Source: Chromera velia (Eukaryota). Taken from it: a stretch of DNA of 64,000 nt. The DNA lies in contig JAHBMJ010000421.1 of assembly GCA_018398765.1 (NCBI GenBank), positions 1 to 64,000 of the forward strand, read 5' to 3'. A program made the position numbers and the translations under genes. Shown piece by piece: positions 50,207 through 63,200 of this stretch. Position 1 is the stretch's first letter. Each line of letters begins with the position of its first letter. Below the pieces are notes generated by a model, which was not told where the DNA came from, made no database searches, and saw only the letters and a program-made list of their open reading frames with translations.

Positions 50207-51294
50207 CCTCCCTCTCTCCCTCTCTCTCCCTCCCTCCCTCTCTCCCTCTCTCTCCCTCCCTCCCTCCCTCCCTCCCTGCGTGTGTGTGTGTGTGTGTGTC
50301 TCTGTCTATTCACTTCCTTTCTCGGAAACAACGTGTCGTTGACCTCTCAATGTCTGAATTGTCTAGTCTAATCCTAGCACCGTCACGATATTCTCTCGCC
50401 TGCTGTCCGATTCGTGCATGTCTCTGTGTCTCCACCCCTGGCGTTTTTTGTCACTTATCTTCCCTCGTTTATGTATTGTGTGTCTCCATGTATCTGGATC
50501 GTTCCGCTTTTTTCTTTCCTTCCTTCCTCCCTCTCTCTTTTCAGGTTCTGGGACCCTCAGATTCCCGTGTGGGGCTCCTCTTGCGGGAACGCTTTGACGT
50601 CAGTGGGCGGGGGAGGGAGAATCTTCATGCACGCAGGCAGGAAGCAGGAATATTTTCTTGGGGTTCTCCCCTTCGCTTCTTTTTCTTGATTCCTTTCCCC
50701 CTTCCTTCGTTGTTTGCTTGCGAGTTTGCCTCCTTTATGCCAGGGCCGCCCCCACACTCATGGGAGGCTGCCGTCTCGTTGATGGTGATAATCCCTCAAT
50801 GAGGATGCTTTCAGATGTCTCTTTTTTTCTTCCCGTCTTTCAGCTGTGTCGTTCTTTTTGCATGATCTTTTCTCTGGCGTTCTCTTTGATCTCTCCCTGT
50901 CTTCGTTCCCCCGCCCCCTCTCTCCCTGTGCAGCCCGACTTCAAAGGGTTGGGAGCAGTTGTCGAAAAAACAAAAGCGGTGGTCACGGATTCGTTGTCGT
51001 CTCCCAAGTCAGTAAGTGGGGGGCTGCGTGGGGGAGGGAAAAGATTCATTCAGGAAAGTAAATATGCCTCTTTCAATCCTTCCCTTTTTGTGTGTGTGTC
51101 CTTTTCCCCCATCATCTCCCTTCTCACTCACTTAATTGTTTTTGTTCCCTGGTCTCGCGGTGCCCGTCATTCTGTCGTTTTCTGTCCGTTGCTTCTCCTT
51201 TATCCGTGTCTGCATGTGCAGGTTTTGGGCAATCGCAGTCGCCGGTCTGGTGGCGTCTGCCCTTGCAGTCAGGCACCGTTCCTTGAGGAGATAG
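45179..51294 (+). CDS. thrC: Threonine synthase (PLP-dependent, fungal/proteobacterial class II type), multi-exon, with a C-terminal hydrophobic extension
   Basis: 'MKYKSTRG...GLAEDGGLLMP', PLP-lysine motif 'LELFHGPTFAFKDCALQ', 'GATSGDTGSAA', 'VNSINWARILAQIVYY', 'VPTGNFGN', 'SPSMDIQISSNFER', 'EPHT-AVG', 'LATAHVGKF'. Stop TAG at 51292-51294. Confidence 0.95.
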
Positions 51295-52442
51295 GAGAGT
51301 GGATCGACAGGATGGAAGATTGGTCGATGCTTTGATTGATTGTGCCAGACAGACACGGCGTTTTGATCCTGTGAGAGAACAGATACTTGAGCGGACTTTC
51401 TTCCACGAGACTCACTCGCTCGCGAGGCTGGAGACCCCGATGAATGACAGTGAGTTTGAGTAGTCCTGGTACAGCGGTTGGCCTCGACTCCGGGCTACCG
51501 CATGGAGACGATCAAAAGAAAAGATGTTTCCTTTCTTCTGCGAAGCGAGGGCATGCATGGACAGTTTTGGATCTTATGAATATGTTCTTCCATCTCACTT
51601 CGCCGCATGCCAGTGGTTAGTAGATCTGCCTTTCATGCTTTCATGGGCTGCAGTTGCCAGTGTACTCTGGCAGGGGTAACACGAACGGTGCAAGCCGTCC
51701 CCCGGCAGTGGACCTCGGGACAAACCCGGAACATAAATCCTAATCCTAATCCTAACCGGTCTATAGGATTTTGTGCTGAATAATTATAAAAATTATCAGA
51801 AAACAATTTAGTTGAATTTATAAAAATAAATAAAAACATTAGTATAAAAAACATTTTAGCTAGTAGAATAGTATAGAATAGTTAAGTTGGGACATATGCT
51901 AGGACTTTTTTTCTTTCTAGCTGCTTGCTTGATTACAGTTTCACCTTGAGTCCCCTCTTTTCTAGCTTCTTTTATAAACATTTTTTATTAATTCTTCCCA
52001 AAAACTTAAAATTGGAAGCAAAACAGTAATGTACCACTACAAGTCTACGATAATCTATGTAGTAATGGAACTTTCCAAGTCTACAGAACTTTGGGAGTGT
52101 CGAAGACGAGTCTTAATATATCAGCACGCAACTTCTATAGAAAAAAGGCCCAACAATTCCCAGCAACAAAACAATATTCGATGCTGCGAATTAATTGATT
52201 GCATAATGCAAATTAAAAAGACCCCTGATTGAAATTCCTAGTTGAAATTCCCACTGTGCCGTCAATCTATCAGCGTCACTAACAGCATCCGTACAAAGTA
52301 AGCCTTGAAAATGTGACGTCCCCTTTCTGTCAGTTTCTCAATTAATACTTTTTACACTAGTTTTCCACAGCTTTACCCACTGCAAAACATTGTTAAAACA
52401 ATGCGCCTAGCAATGCGCCGCAGGTCATACCGTGTCTCCTTC

Positions 52443-54734
52443 TCAATCCTTTTCTAGATCCCTCCGTTCTTCGTCTTCCCCCTCACTTTCTGACGAAGAA
52501 CTAGAAGAAGCTGAGGACGAATCACCCGATTCATGACCCGACGCTTCTGCTTCCACAGTCTCCTCATGCCCCTCTTCGTTGCCTTCCTCTAACGCAAACT
52601 CAAGTCCCCCCTCTTCTGGGTTCTCACTCACCCCCGACAGAGATACATCGAGAGGAGTCACCCCTGACTTCTCTCTCTCTGCCGTGTCCTCTCGCTGAAT
52701 CAATTTGAAGTACCGCGGCTGTGCATAGTTGTGCTCCCTTTGCCACTGGGGTATGTCCAATTCGAATGTCTCGAAAAATGATGACGAAGAAGTGGAAACG
52801 CCCTTATGATCCCGTGCAGCTGTGCCCCCCCGAGAGGAGACACCACTATCCCCTGCTGTGTCTCTCTGACTGCTCTTCTTTGTCTCCTGACTGCCCGCAC
52901 CTGCTCTCTCCCTGCCCTCTCTCTCAATCATCTTCTCTGTCACGCGAGCACGGAGGAAGGCGGTCAGCTGACCCCTTCCGTCAATACCGAAAAAACGGTC
53001 GCAATAGTGCGTCTTGTCTCCGTACCAGTACCTGCAAACACGAAAATGTATTGCCTCTTTTCTTTCAGATTTTTTTCTTTCTCTCTGTGTTTCCCTCCTC
53101 CTACCTGAGATCACAGAGAGACAGATTGTCTTTTGTCTTCCTTTCTTCTCCCTTTCTGCAACCATCCCTTTTTTCTGCTGTCACGAACAGAGATCGCATG
53201 TTCTCTTTCTGCGTTCTCTCTCTTTGTCTTCGTACCCCGATTTGATTGCAGTGACACACCCTTCTACTGCTCAACACAGGAGGGACAACTCTGAGTGTAC
53301 GTTGAAGCAATCAACACGCTGCATCATCGAAGCGATGATTCTGCATTAAATGGCTCTTCTGCCTACCGGTCACCCTTCTGTTGTCCGTAGAGGCAGTGGG
53401 TACATCTCAGTGGCTGGCAGACAATGGCTGGCTGTCGTGACACAATCTGCCTGCCATCTCGTTCCTCTCATCTCATCTCTATCCTCGCCTCCTTCTGATT
53501 TTTTCGAAACTCGGAGACAGGTCCACTGACTGACTGGTTCCCTGTCTGAGTGACTTATCCGCGTTAGTACTCACTCACTTACACACTCGCTGGCTGACGA
53601 AATGAAAGCTCATTTTCGGGCAATGAGCGAATATTCAGAAAAGGAAGGATTGCAAACAGAGACAAGAGAAAACGGCCATCGAGGGATCCACAAACATCGG
53701 GTGAGAAGGCATCTGTCGGACGCAACACTTAGTGACAAACTCTGTCTGGATGAGCCACGCACGTACAAAATCATGCTCACACATCGACACCCTCACACAC
53801 TTGCCGACACACAGTTTGTTGACTCACTGACCAAATGACTGACTGACTGTCTTGCCAAATGATTTTGCCTGCCTTCTCCTTCTCCCTCTCTGGCTGCGTG
53901 CTTATCTGCCCGACTGACTGACTGACTGAGACTGGGGACTGACTTTCTTGCTCTCCTTCTCACAAGTGAGGGCGGTTCAAGGAGACTGTTTCGGATCTTC
54001 TCCTCCTTTCCCTCCAAATCCACTCCCTCCTTCTCCAAAAACTCCTTCCTCTCTTCCCTGATGTCCTCTCTGGCCTTCTTCACACGAGCTGCCATGATGG
54101 GCTCCGCGTTCTGATAGAAGACCGCCGTCCTTCTCTGGGCCTCCTCTTTGAAGGCGTCAAACAAATCATCGAGCTCATCCCAAGAAATGCCGTGGGAAGA
54201 AGACATGGCCCAGAGAGTCTCCAGCCTCTCCTGTGTCCCGTCCTCCTTCTGGGTTGGGGAAAAGGGAAGACGACGGTGATTGTGCAACAGAGTGTTGGGC
54301 CAGAAAACGGTATTCATTGGAGGGACAGTCGGGACGCCTCGGTCGTCCTCCGGCTTCGTCCAGGAAGACTCGACTGAAAGATCTTCCAAACTCATCCCGA
54401 CAGAAGTGCATGACTGCCGCAGAGCTTCCCTCACCTTCTCGGGAGACCTCATTTTATCTTCAGGCCAGAAATCCGGCGGTTCTCCTGCTACGATCTCTTC
54501 CAATGCACTGCGCATCGCATCATCTGCTTTGGACGCAGCCTCTCTGTCCCCTTCATTTTCAGGTGGACTCCTGGCAGCTTCGGGAGACGGGGAGTCAAAA
54601 TTGTCCATCAGTGGTGTTTCTGTTGAAAAAGGCACAACATGCGCACAGAAGAGAGGGCGGAGTCCTCGGAAGTGCGAAGCAAAAGTGGAACAACCCAACG
54701 AGAAAGCACGACGTGGTATCATCGCGGGATGCAT
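52443..54734 (-). CDS. Hypothetical protein (~459 aa) with a probable mitochondrial presequence; exons 53944-54734 and 52443-53031
   Basis: Arg/Ser/Phe-rich, acid-free N-terminus 'MHPAMIPRRAFSLGCSTFASHFRGLRPLF'. Donor AA|GTCAGT and acceptor TGCAG|G join in frame ('ARK-YWYGDKTHYCDRFFG'). Acidic C-terminus. Confidence 0.7.
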
Positions 54735-55548
54735 GCCGCTTGTTCTTCACAAAAGGGCGGTCCAAATTCAGTGACCCGCGATCTCCTGAGACTGTATGGT
54801 GCTGGAGTATTGAAGTCGTGTTACTATAGGAATAAACATGAAGACAAAGAGCAGGCATGCACACCGGGATTGAGCCGAAACGAATTTGAGACAGACAATA
54901 TGGCATTGTACACCAAAAAAGTAGAAGAGAGATGTAGGAGATGTTAGGAGACGCTCGTCGGAGACGGAGACGGCCCAATATCCTGCATGGCTGGACTTTC
55001 AAGCGTAGAGTCGCCGTAGACGGGCGATCGAAATATCATGCATGCAGGTTGCGGGGACACCGCCCGGATGGTGTATAACCTTGGCACCTTAGTTTAGTCC
55101 ATCGACATATCTGATGATGATTGAGGGTTTTTTCATCTCGACATATCTATCTTAATCTATCTCTGATTTCAAATTATATCAAATTCTGTCAGAAGTAGTG
55201 GGAGGCATCTCTTGCTAAAATGTACTAGAATCTACTAGAATGGTCGTTTGGGTTGTCATAGTAGTAGTAGTGTTTTTTTTTAAAAAAAAAAAAACTTTGT
55301 GTAAGTATATTAAACTTCTAATAACTTCTAATATTTATAAATATTCGTAACTTTTTCACTAGATATTTTAAAAACCTTTTTATCAGTATTTATATATGAG
55401 ATTTCATAAGATTTCATCAGTAATTTCTTAAAAAAAAAGAATATAAAAAAGATTTAGTAAGATCTATTAAAGTGCAATGAGGATGAACCCGTCTGCTTTG
55501 TCCCATCTCCTGTTCCCACTAGTTCCCACCTGCGGCGTCCGTCGGAGC

Positions 55549-55776
55549 AACCTCCCTGAACCTGAGTGCCACTTAAAAAATCAAAATCATCTTTATCTGC
55601 GGCATCGTTTTTCAAGAGACCGTCCACGCCTACGGCATAAACGGTCAAGACACCGTTCACATATACAGCTTTGGCTTTCTAGACACCATAAATGATCCGC
55701 GCCTGCGGCGCAGACTTTCAAGCTTATCTAAAAATGCGGCTTAAACTTTCAAGTAGTAGTTAGGTTCAGGGAGGTC
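55549..55776. mobile_element. MITE (copy 2), same family as 22534-22777
   Basis: AACCTCCCTGAACCTGAGTGCCACTT ... AAGTAGTAGTTAGGTTCAGGGAGGTC. TSD GTCGGAGC / GTTGGAGC (1 mismatch). Interior colinear with copy 1. Confidence 0.88.
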
Positions 55777-56773
55777 GTTGGAGCGAACGACAGTTGACCG
55801 GAGCCGTAAAAGAGGGAAAGCGATTGAGAATGGATCCTGGGGACCAGCCCGGTGGGACGTGGCTAGACTGACACGGTATACGCTTCACCGACAGGCTGGA
55901 ACCTAACACAAGGCTGGGGCCATGCATATAGCTTCCCGCATTATAGTATAATTACGCGCATATGAGTGGATTTAGGAAATTCGATGGATCGAAGTAGAAT
56001 GAATGTCTGACTCACACAGTCTGAGTGATTGAACTTCTAGGAAGAGGAGCTAAGAGGAGCTAGCCTCCTGACATATACAACTTTCTGTATGCGATCTCCT
56101 GTTTCTTTCTTGCATGGGTCTGCCCACCTTTAGTGCTAGCTAGCTGGAGAGGAAGTTCCTTCCTAAGGCTTCCCTAAGTCCGAGTCTCTAACTTTTTTCA
56201 TGCAAAAACATAGAAAAACTTTTGAAAATAAGAGAGTTAAATGACTAATCACAAGGTATGACTCGATCTGACTGTTATTAATAAATGTCATCAGATATTT
56301 AGAAAAAGATAAACAAAAGACAAGGAGTAACACAAAGATATCTTAAATGTACTTAAATGATATAAAATCAGCCTAAATCAGCCTAAAGCTACATGGTCTA
56401 CGCCACAATCTGCTAAAAGAAAGAATTAAAGAGAATTTAAGAGAATCATTGTTGAGGAAGGAATAACAAAGAGAAAGGCGTGCTAGAAGGCGTGACTTAG
56501 GCGTCAGAATGTCAGAGAAACAGAGAAAAACCAAGGAAAACGTGATCAAATGCCAGTGGTTATAAAACAGAACAGAGACTTAGATAGAAACTGGGACCTT
56601 ATGCCGTCCATGTCAGTTTCTATGACCAATATAAAAAAGCTATTGAACGTACTACGTATATGAGTGAGATCTCAGTGTATGATATATCAATCGCATGCAC
56701 AGCTTGAGGTCTTCGAAAACACCCGTCGCAGTGGCAGCTTTGTGCTACAATTCCATTTGATTTACTTCACCTA

Positions 56774-58715
56774 TTATTGGTTAACAATTCTATCAAGTTG
56801 CACATCGTGAGGAACTCTAAAGTACCAAGAGGTGAAAGGGGAATCAAAAAGAAAACGAAGCTGGCAGTGCTCTTTTGAAGGATAAGTCCCTTCAATTACC
56901 TTCCGCAGCGTCCGCTCCACGGTTGGTCCTAAATCCCGGAGCCCCCCTTCCAACCCTGCCGGAGAGTCTTTTCGGTCTCCATGCCACTCCAGGGTGGCGT
57001 CGGGACCCAAAAAGTTTGTACGGTGTAGCTCCTGAATCGGGAGCACGATGTCCATCATGACTTCTCCACCTCCAGCAGGCCGCAGCTCTCTCTTTTTCTG
57101 CAAAAGAAAAAGAGTTAGGATGAGTACGCACTGGCATGGGGGGAGGAGTGAAGAGGATCTGTGTCTCTGTAGGCCTAAGGCTTATGATATATAGGCTTCT
57201 TGGTTTACGTCTTCTCGATTTGCTAGCCGAAACAAAAGACATCCCGGATGAAGGTTAGGCATGATGCTGTCAAGAGCTTACCTTCTGTCAAACCACCATA
57301 CCTACAAACTCCACCCCATCCCCGCCCCATAACCAACGACTGTGCGATCTCCTAGCTTCATCCACATCCAACCTGTGTAACTGAGGCAGCAGGTCAGGCA
57401 GCGGGCTCTCCCTCACAAAACTCCATCAGGATAGCAGGGCAATCCTCGTCCCTGCAAATCCATAGACCTGAAGAAAAACATGCTTCTCCAAGCCCTCATA
57501 TGTGCGGGTAAATATGTCCGCCTTCAGACACTGCCCGACCCTACGCCCAACACACTGCCAATTTCTGAACCGACTTTCCTGAACGCCCTGCAACGGTTCT
57601 TGGTCAAACACTTTCAGTGCTTTCCGAGGCGAGGGGCAACCCGAACGCCTCGCGTAGACGATTGACTGCCCCCCCCTTCTCTAAAAAACCATCTCCTCCC
57701 CATCAACCAAAACGCAGTCTCGATGTTCACCTGAAAGCGCAAGTGTTCCCTCCCCAACAAGACCTGCAACGTCGAGACCCTAAACAGTCGTCACGTTTCC
57801 GGTCTCTCGATTATAATGCAGATACTGTAATATCGTGGAGTAAGTCTGAGCCTCGTCGTCTGCAATTGCCCTTGCCAATCTAATCTTAGAAGCTGAGGGT
57901 CTGCTGACTCAAAGGCGGTCATTCTCTCTGTCTGCATGGCGTATAAGACCCAAATCAAGAAAATCAGGCTGACGATTCTGCTACAATTCCCCTAATCTAC
58001 CTCTACTAGGAATAGCAATTCCCCCACAGCACAGCAGAATCGTTCTAGGTGTGTTCTGGAGCACCTGCCTCACGCCCGCCCAGCCAGCCTCCTTTCTGCT
58101 CTGCAGATTGCAATACAGGTTCAACCAGTCCTTCTCATCAAATGTCGTATCAATTTAGTTGAAGAGCTCGGTTGAGGCCTGGCTGGATGAGTTCCCTAAC
58201 CCCCTGCTGACAGCCCAGTCCATCACCCTGTTCTACAGTGAGCACACATCGTTAGGGAGAGTCCTGAACCCTCTTTGAATAACCCGTTCCATTCTGCTGC
58301 TGCAGAGGAAACAGAGGCCAGTCGTTTCTCCTCCTATAGCAATCACAAGGGTCACATCTTGCATTCTTTTGAGCGTCGAGCTTGACCCCCGGGGGGAGGG
58401 GGGGCGTGCTGAAGCCCCTCTTCAGCGATTGCATGAGGAGGGTGTGGCGGTTGTGGTGGTAGGTTGGCAACTCGAGTAGGCCCGGGGTGGTTAGGACAGC
58501 GTAGTCGGGCTTAGAGACTATGGTTCCCGATCCCAAGGCTGGCAGTCCACTGGCCTTTGGAAGCATGCCGTGGAAGTCTCTTGAATATCGAGCCGCCCCC
58601 CCCCCTTCGACAATGAACAGGTACATCGAGAGGACACACTCAAGCTGGCCGACGATCTCAGAACTCGGCAACACTTCACGAAGCGGCAGATTCGCCTACT
58701 CCAAGAGAAGGCCTG
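56774..58715 (-). pseudogene. Probable decayed coding sequence of unknown family
   Basis: Protein-like minus-strand frames (58252-58674, 56774-57103) are linked by a frame with scattered stop codons. No domain recognised. Confidence 0.35.
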
Positions 58716-60205
58716 CAAGTAAGAAGTAGATCATCAGAGAGCATCTGATATATATACAATAGGCAGAGAGATCACAAGCTACATAAGCAAAAAGGTCCAC
58801 AGAGAAGCCCTTTTGAGAGGCTGAATAGAAACAGGCGCTAGGGAAGACGATTGAGTGCATGTTTCACAGGGGCAGAGATGTAGGACGGAGAGATGCAGGG
58901 CGGCATGCACTGTGACAGCGCAGGGGGGCACGTATTCGGCGATTAAGCACAATGAGGGGGTGACTGATTGATTGTGGAAGAGAAGTCTCTAGGAGAGATC
59001 TAAATATGAAGGAATAAGAAAGGTAGGTGGGAAGCGAGAAAAACAAATGCATGTCGGCGTTAGACGATTGACCTGTAAATGATTTTCCAGTCTGAGAAAG
59101 CTTAAACATGTATAAACACGGAGTCAAGTTCTGTAGGGATGTACAGGACATCCTTTGTCAGAGTTGAGAACATGAGAATTTGAGAACTAGAGTTAAGAAA
59201 GTCAGGCGGTTCTCCGCAGAGAAGGAAGCATCCATGGCTCCACCGCACAATACCAGAAGGCTGCAATGCAGAAAGGGGAAACAGTCAAGTCGCGTCGCCA
59301 TTTACGGAAATCTGTCCCCTCCCTCGCAAAGCAGTTCGGAATCCTCGTCATTCTTTTTGTAGTCGCTGCATGCAGAAACACAGAGAGGGAGGGAGGAAGA
59401 CATGAAGCAAGAAGAAGGGCAGCCAAGTTAATTTTTGAAACAAAAGAAAGGCAAAAACCAGCGGACACAATACGAGGGTCGTTAGAATGGGAGAGCATAT
59501 ATTAAAATAAAAGAGACAAAGATCATACGAATTCTCATACCTACAAATGCCAAACTAAAGTAATAGGAAGCAAACACATGGAGCGATCGACAGGGAAAAG
59601 GAAAACTGGAAAGCAACCGACCAACAAAAAACTGAATACTAAGTTCACGGTCCAGGAAACGATCGGTGACTGTGACAGTCCACGTCCCATCCCCTCTACA
59701 CGTGCTGTGCAATATGGTCAGCTAACAAAAGCCAATCAATATCCCTAACAGCCAGAAAAAAATCAGATCTCATGAAAAAACATAACAAGCGGCAGATACT
59801 GTGGATCAGAGAAGAAGGCGGTGTACACAACCCCCTCTCGCCAGGTAGGGGGCGCATGGGGGCGCCTCCACTACAAACCGGGAGGCCCCCAGGTCCGCAA
59901 CCGCCACCAGGTCCACAAAGATGATGGCCCCCGCCTCCTGAAGCATCACTTGCTTCGGTGCGAGATCCAAGTGAAAGATCCTGCACCAATGCAAAAAACA
60001 AGGTCCCCGGACGAGGCTGACCATCGCAATCCTTCACTTACAAGGGGGGAGAAACGGGGCTGCACAGAATAGAGACCATACAGCGGGAAAGAGAAAAGAC
60101 GTACAAGAGAATTACATAAACGTGTTTGTAATAGAACAGATGCATCACGATAAATCATGCATTAGAAAAGTGTGTAGGTGTGAAAAGAGGTGGCGAGAGC
60201 GTGGC

Positions 60206-63200
60206 TGTTGTACCACGTGTGCGTAGATGTCTGATAGGATGAAAGTCACTCACTTACTCACTCACCCACTCATGCACACTCATGCACTCACTCACTTGGT
60301 CTCCTTCCCTCCCTACTGCCTCCTCCTGCCCGGACTCAGAGTCCTGACTCTCTCGTTTGGTTGCCGGGACACCGAAAGCTTTCTAGTTGCACTGCAAGTC
60401 GCTTGGTGTAGAGCATGATTAAAGTGAGCCTAGAGTTTGAGGCGAGCGGCATGATTGACTATAGATTTATTCATGCATGTATCTAGAAATATAGGAAACG
60501 GCTCGGTCCTAATGAGCATCTAAGAACGCACTAATGTATGGTTGAATGTGATTTGAGTCCATACTTATGTATACTCTGTCACCGGTCTCTTTGACCACGG
60601 CATAGACCCGAAAACCCCGTTCACTAGGGTTAATTCAGCCATAGAAAGGTGTTCCGTCAAGGAGTAGTCCTTGTTCTTCTGTATGAAACCGTTTTGAAGC
60701 TTCTTTTACCCTTTTCCCATGGATACAACACGAGTCGTTCCAGTCACCCCTGTTATTCCTCCCCAGTTCTTTAAGTATTCCAAAGTAGAGGACTGGTTGC
60801 AAGATGTCCGCTTCTGGGCAGAAGACACAGCAAGTCTTGATACCCTGAAAGGCATATACACGACCCTAAGGAATGCTGCTCTGGGGAACAACGCCGTGAG
60901 AGATCGGCTGTTGGAGATTCGCAAAAGTAACCCAGTCCCCACCATCTCCGCCACCAATGCCAAAGACGAAGCAAAAGCCTTAAAGTATAATGAAGACCTC
61001 CGACAGTGGGTGACCCAGACCCTCATCCCTGAGATGCGAAGCCGTGAAGGGGTAAGAGAAACAGAAGAAAAGGACAGGGTGATGATGGGAATCTTGTGGT
61101 TCCCCTCTCTTGCAAACAAGGAATACTCGATCTTCTCCAATATGATGCTGTTCTCACAGCTCTTCGAATTTGCCTCCGGTGTCCAGGTCCTAGCATTGCC
61201 AGATCCCCTGCTCGCATCCCTCTTCATGAAAACAGTCACCCCGGCCAATGCCACTTAGTTAACAAACGAGACGGTTACTGGAGCGAACAACAGAAAGTTT
61301 CCCGCCACATCTACATGGCCCCGTCTCAAACAGTTCCTGTCTGATTGGCTCAATCGTTTGCCCGCGAGAGATCCAAATCGTGACACTTCCCGCACTCTCA
61401 TAGTCGAAGTCTATCTCCAGTTTATCGACGCACTGCAAGTTGAGGTCAAGAAAGTTCCGATCAAAGCAGTGGTGGGAGGCACTGGCAACGTGGGGAAAGA
61501 TAAGCCCAAGCCATCTGGTTCAGACAACAGTGGAGGGGGAGGGAATGAAGTGGCCAAGAAATTCAAACTGAAGAAGAAGTCGTGCGCGAGGGTAGAAGAA
61601 GCGTTGAAGAAGATGCCGTACCAGAATTAAGAACTGGCAGCCTCGATCAGCGAGCAACGGACACGTTCAGAACGTGGTCAGCTGACGTCTCCGGGCTGGG
61701 ATACTGTCCTCGATCATTTCCGTTTGCGTTTTGTCTGTCTGATTTTGTGTGTTCGTGTTTTGAATTCATGTGTAGGGCGATTCGCGCCGTCCGCCGCAAA
61801 AAGGGTCCGGTGGACGAGACGGCCAAACGCGCGGGAATTTTTGAGCCAGATTATCCGAGCTGCTCACTGAGTTCGAAGCCTCTGATGACGATACAGAAGG
61901 CGCTGTGCACTCCGCCCAGCGTGCCTGTACTGACCCCGTTAGCACTCCTATTGCACCAGAGCTGTTGGAACAGCTTGAGTCTTTCTCCTCGCACGAGCTT
62001 GATGCGTTTGCGGAGGCGTTGAACGTAAAGCTCGCAGAGCAAGTCGTTTCCCAGGAAGGTGCTAGTTCTAGTTCCCAAACAGCCCGTGCCCGTCTAGCCG
62101 TGCTAGGCCCGTGCCTGTCGTCTCGTATCCACAGCAGCAGCCGAAGACTTCACCGACCTGTCCTTCCTCTCCAGTGAGGATCGCTTCGTTGTGGAAGAGA
62201 TCTTTGTTGCGTTTAAAGGTACGGACATCGAACCGTATTATACCGACTCCGATTCTCTTGGGTTTCACCCTGACACTGTGTTTCCCTCTCTTCCTTCGCA
62301 GGCAGATGGCGCCGTCTTCTATGTGGGAGAGGGGGGGGATGAGGAGTTCTTCGATTGTGAGGAGACGGAAGAGTTTTTCGATTGTGTGTCTGGCAACACG
62401 GAAGACTGCCGGGCTGCCGATTTCCAGGGGGAAGGGTTGATTGCAGAGAAGGCCCGCAGGTCTCGGCCTCCACTGCGTATCGACCTCGACTCCCAGTGCT
62501 TTTTCACTCTCTGTTTTTGTGGTGCGGTCCAGGGAAGGATCGTCCGCGAGTGGCCTTGCGTCTCTTGTTACCGGGAGGTGTGGGGGCAGAGAGCAACTGC
62601 GCAGACGACCACTCGCGGGATTGTTCGTTTTCACTTCCGTATTCCTGACAGCCGTGTCAAGGGGGTTCTTCTGTTGTACAACCTCTCGGATGATGAGAGC
62701 GTCGGGTGTCTCGTGCACTGCCCCGAGTTGTCAAGGTTCGACGGGACTGCGACTCTTCGGGATGCGCACGGAAACCTTGTGCAGATTTCCCTTGACCCCT
62801 CATCCGATTCACCCACGTACCCCTTCCATGCCTCAGCGCTTGGCGACAGGGACGAGGTGGCCTCCACCGGGCTTGATGAGTGCGAGCACAAGTCTTCGTC
62901 GGCCCTAGTGACCTCCGCTCTGGGGTGCCATGGGAAGGAGAAGGAGGGGGGTTCCACCACCACTACTCGAGTGCCTACCAAATAGGAATTTCGGTCTCTT
63001 TCTCTCTCTTCTTCTTTTCCTTCTGATCTTCCCCCTGATGTGCTTTCTCGTGTTTTGCGTCAACACATTCGGTTTGGGCATGTATCAGAGGAGAGGTTGG
63101 TGAAGAGTTAGAAAGAAAATTCGAAGCAGTTTCAGCATTGTCTGTCTGTTCCCCGCCGTTTGTTGCAAGCTTCTTTGTCCTAGTATCCGTCATGCAAAGT

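Noticed and set aside
51735..51757. (AATCCT)n telomere-like hexamers
   Set aside because: Only about three units, interstitial, not a convincing telomere.
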